In this document: piece by piece, positions 63,096 through 64,000 of the stretch
Numbering within the stretch: the first letter of the stretch is position 1
How the letters are laid out: each line of letters starts with the position of its first letter
DNA from: Chiloscyllium plagiosum
Taxonomy: Eukaryota
NCBI RefSeq assembly: GCF_004010195.1
Contig: NC_057728.1
Coordinates: 42,078,844-42,142,843, forward strand
Length of the DNA: 64,000 bases
Direction of reading: 5' to 3'
The notes under the pieces: generated by a model
Told to the model about the DNA's origin: nothing
The model's database searches: none
The model's input: the letters and a program-made list of their open reading frames with translations, nothing else
Position numbers and translations under genes: made by a program

Positions 63096-64000
63096 TTAGA
63101 ATCATGGAATTTTCAGCCTGTTGTATTTGTGCTAGTTCTCTGAAGGAATAACTCCCCTCGTGACATTGCCCTGCCTTTTCACTATAGCATTGCCACTGTC
63201 TCCTTTTCAGGTAATGATCCAATTCCCTTTTGCTATCTTCAATAACCCTACCTTCTCTACACTTTCAAGGTGTAAATTGCTATCTGAAAATGTCATGGTT
63301 ACTTTTTTTGCCAATTACTTTCTATCCATGCCCTCTGTGTCGCAAGCCTTTCAACAATGGGAACAGTTTCTTACAACCTACATGTCTAGATTCCTCATTA
63401 TTTTCAGTACATTTATCAACGTTCTTTTCTCCAAGGAGAGCAATCCCAACTTCTCCAATCCTTCTCTATAATTGAAATTCCTTATCCCTAGTCCCATTCT
63501 CATTAATCTTTGCTGCACACTCTCTAACGCTTTCACATCCTTCCTAAAGTGTGTTACCTAGAACTGGGTTCAATATCCCAGCTGAGGCAAAACTAGTCTT
63601 ATATACAAGTTTAATGTAATTCCCTTGTTTTATTATTACTCTATGCCTCCACTGATAAAACTTAAAATTATGTATGCTTTATTCATCACATCTGTAACCT
63701 GTTCTGCATCTTCAATGAATCATTCACATACATATCCAGGTGCCTCTGTTCCTGTACCCTCATCTTCCACCTTTTATCCTACTCTAAAATCAGACTAACC
63801 TACAAACACTTCATTGTACTATCTTTCATGTGCCTATCCAAGAGTTGCTTAAATGTCTCTAATGTATCTGACTCTACTATCATTGCTGGCAATGCATTTC
63901 ACACACCCACCACTTTCTGTGTAAATAACCTATCTCTGACATCTCCCCTAAACTTTCCTCCGATTAACTTAAAATTATGCCCCCTTGTGATAGACATTTC
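63096..64000 (-). mobile_element. Old CR1 3' fragments (two pieces)
   Basis: Reverse-complemented CR1 tails and RT C-terminal remnants. Confidence 0.6.

Noticed and set aside
38120..64000. WIF1, the expected divergent neighbour by human synteny
   Set aside because: No WIF-domain or EGF-like peptide recognised in the ORF track or in the stretches I translated; probably beyond the window.

Overview
This is vertebrate genomic DNA, most likely from a shark or other elasmobranch, judging by its HE1/V-SINE-, HER1/CR1- and Deu-SINE-like repeats. The one clear gene is LEMD3 (MAN1, inner nuclear membrane LEM-domain protein) on the minus strand. Coding exons 1-6 were reconstructed by hand (36364-37609, 8518-8549, 7696-7762, 3589-3665, 1686-1765, 1427-1572). 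All junctions are GT-AG and phase-compatible, giving 549 uninterrupted codons, and the gene continues off the left edge. Intron 1 is about 27.8 kb. The rest is mostly transposon debris (CR1, L2, RTE, Rex-like LINEs, tRNA-derived SINEs, Tigger-like MITEs) plus a 500-N gap. The most striking non-genic signal is a set of short (140-440 bp) elements from at least four sequence families, mostly palindromic and often flanked by 11-17 bp target-site duplications. Most carry a minimal type I hammerhead-ribozyme core (CUGAnGA / stem II / GAAA / palindromic ACGU or AGCU / UH) whose stems covary between families, which fits non-autonomous Penelope-like elements with inverted pseudo-LTRs. Other notable structures are a CR1 with twin-priming-type 5' inversion geometry, a near-perfect 533-bp foldback, an older 300-bp inverted duplication, and a weak candidate decayed gene at 57.7-60 kb. 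Repeat family names come from recognised motifs, not database searches, and repeat boundaries are approximate.
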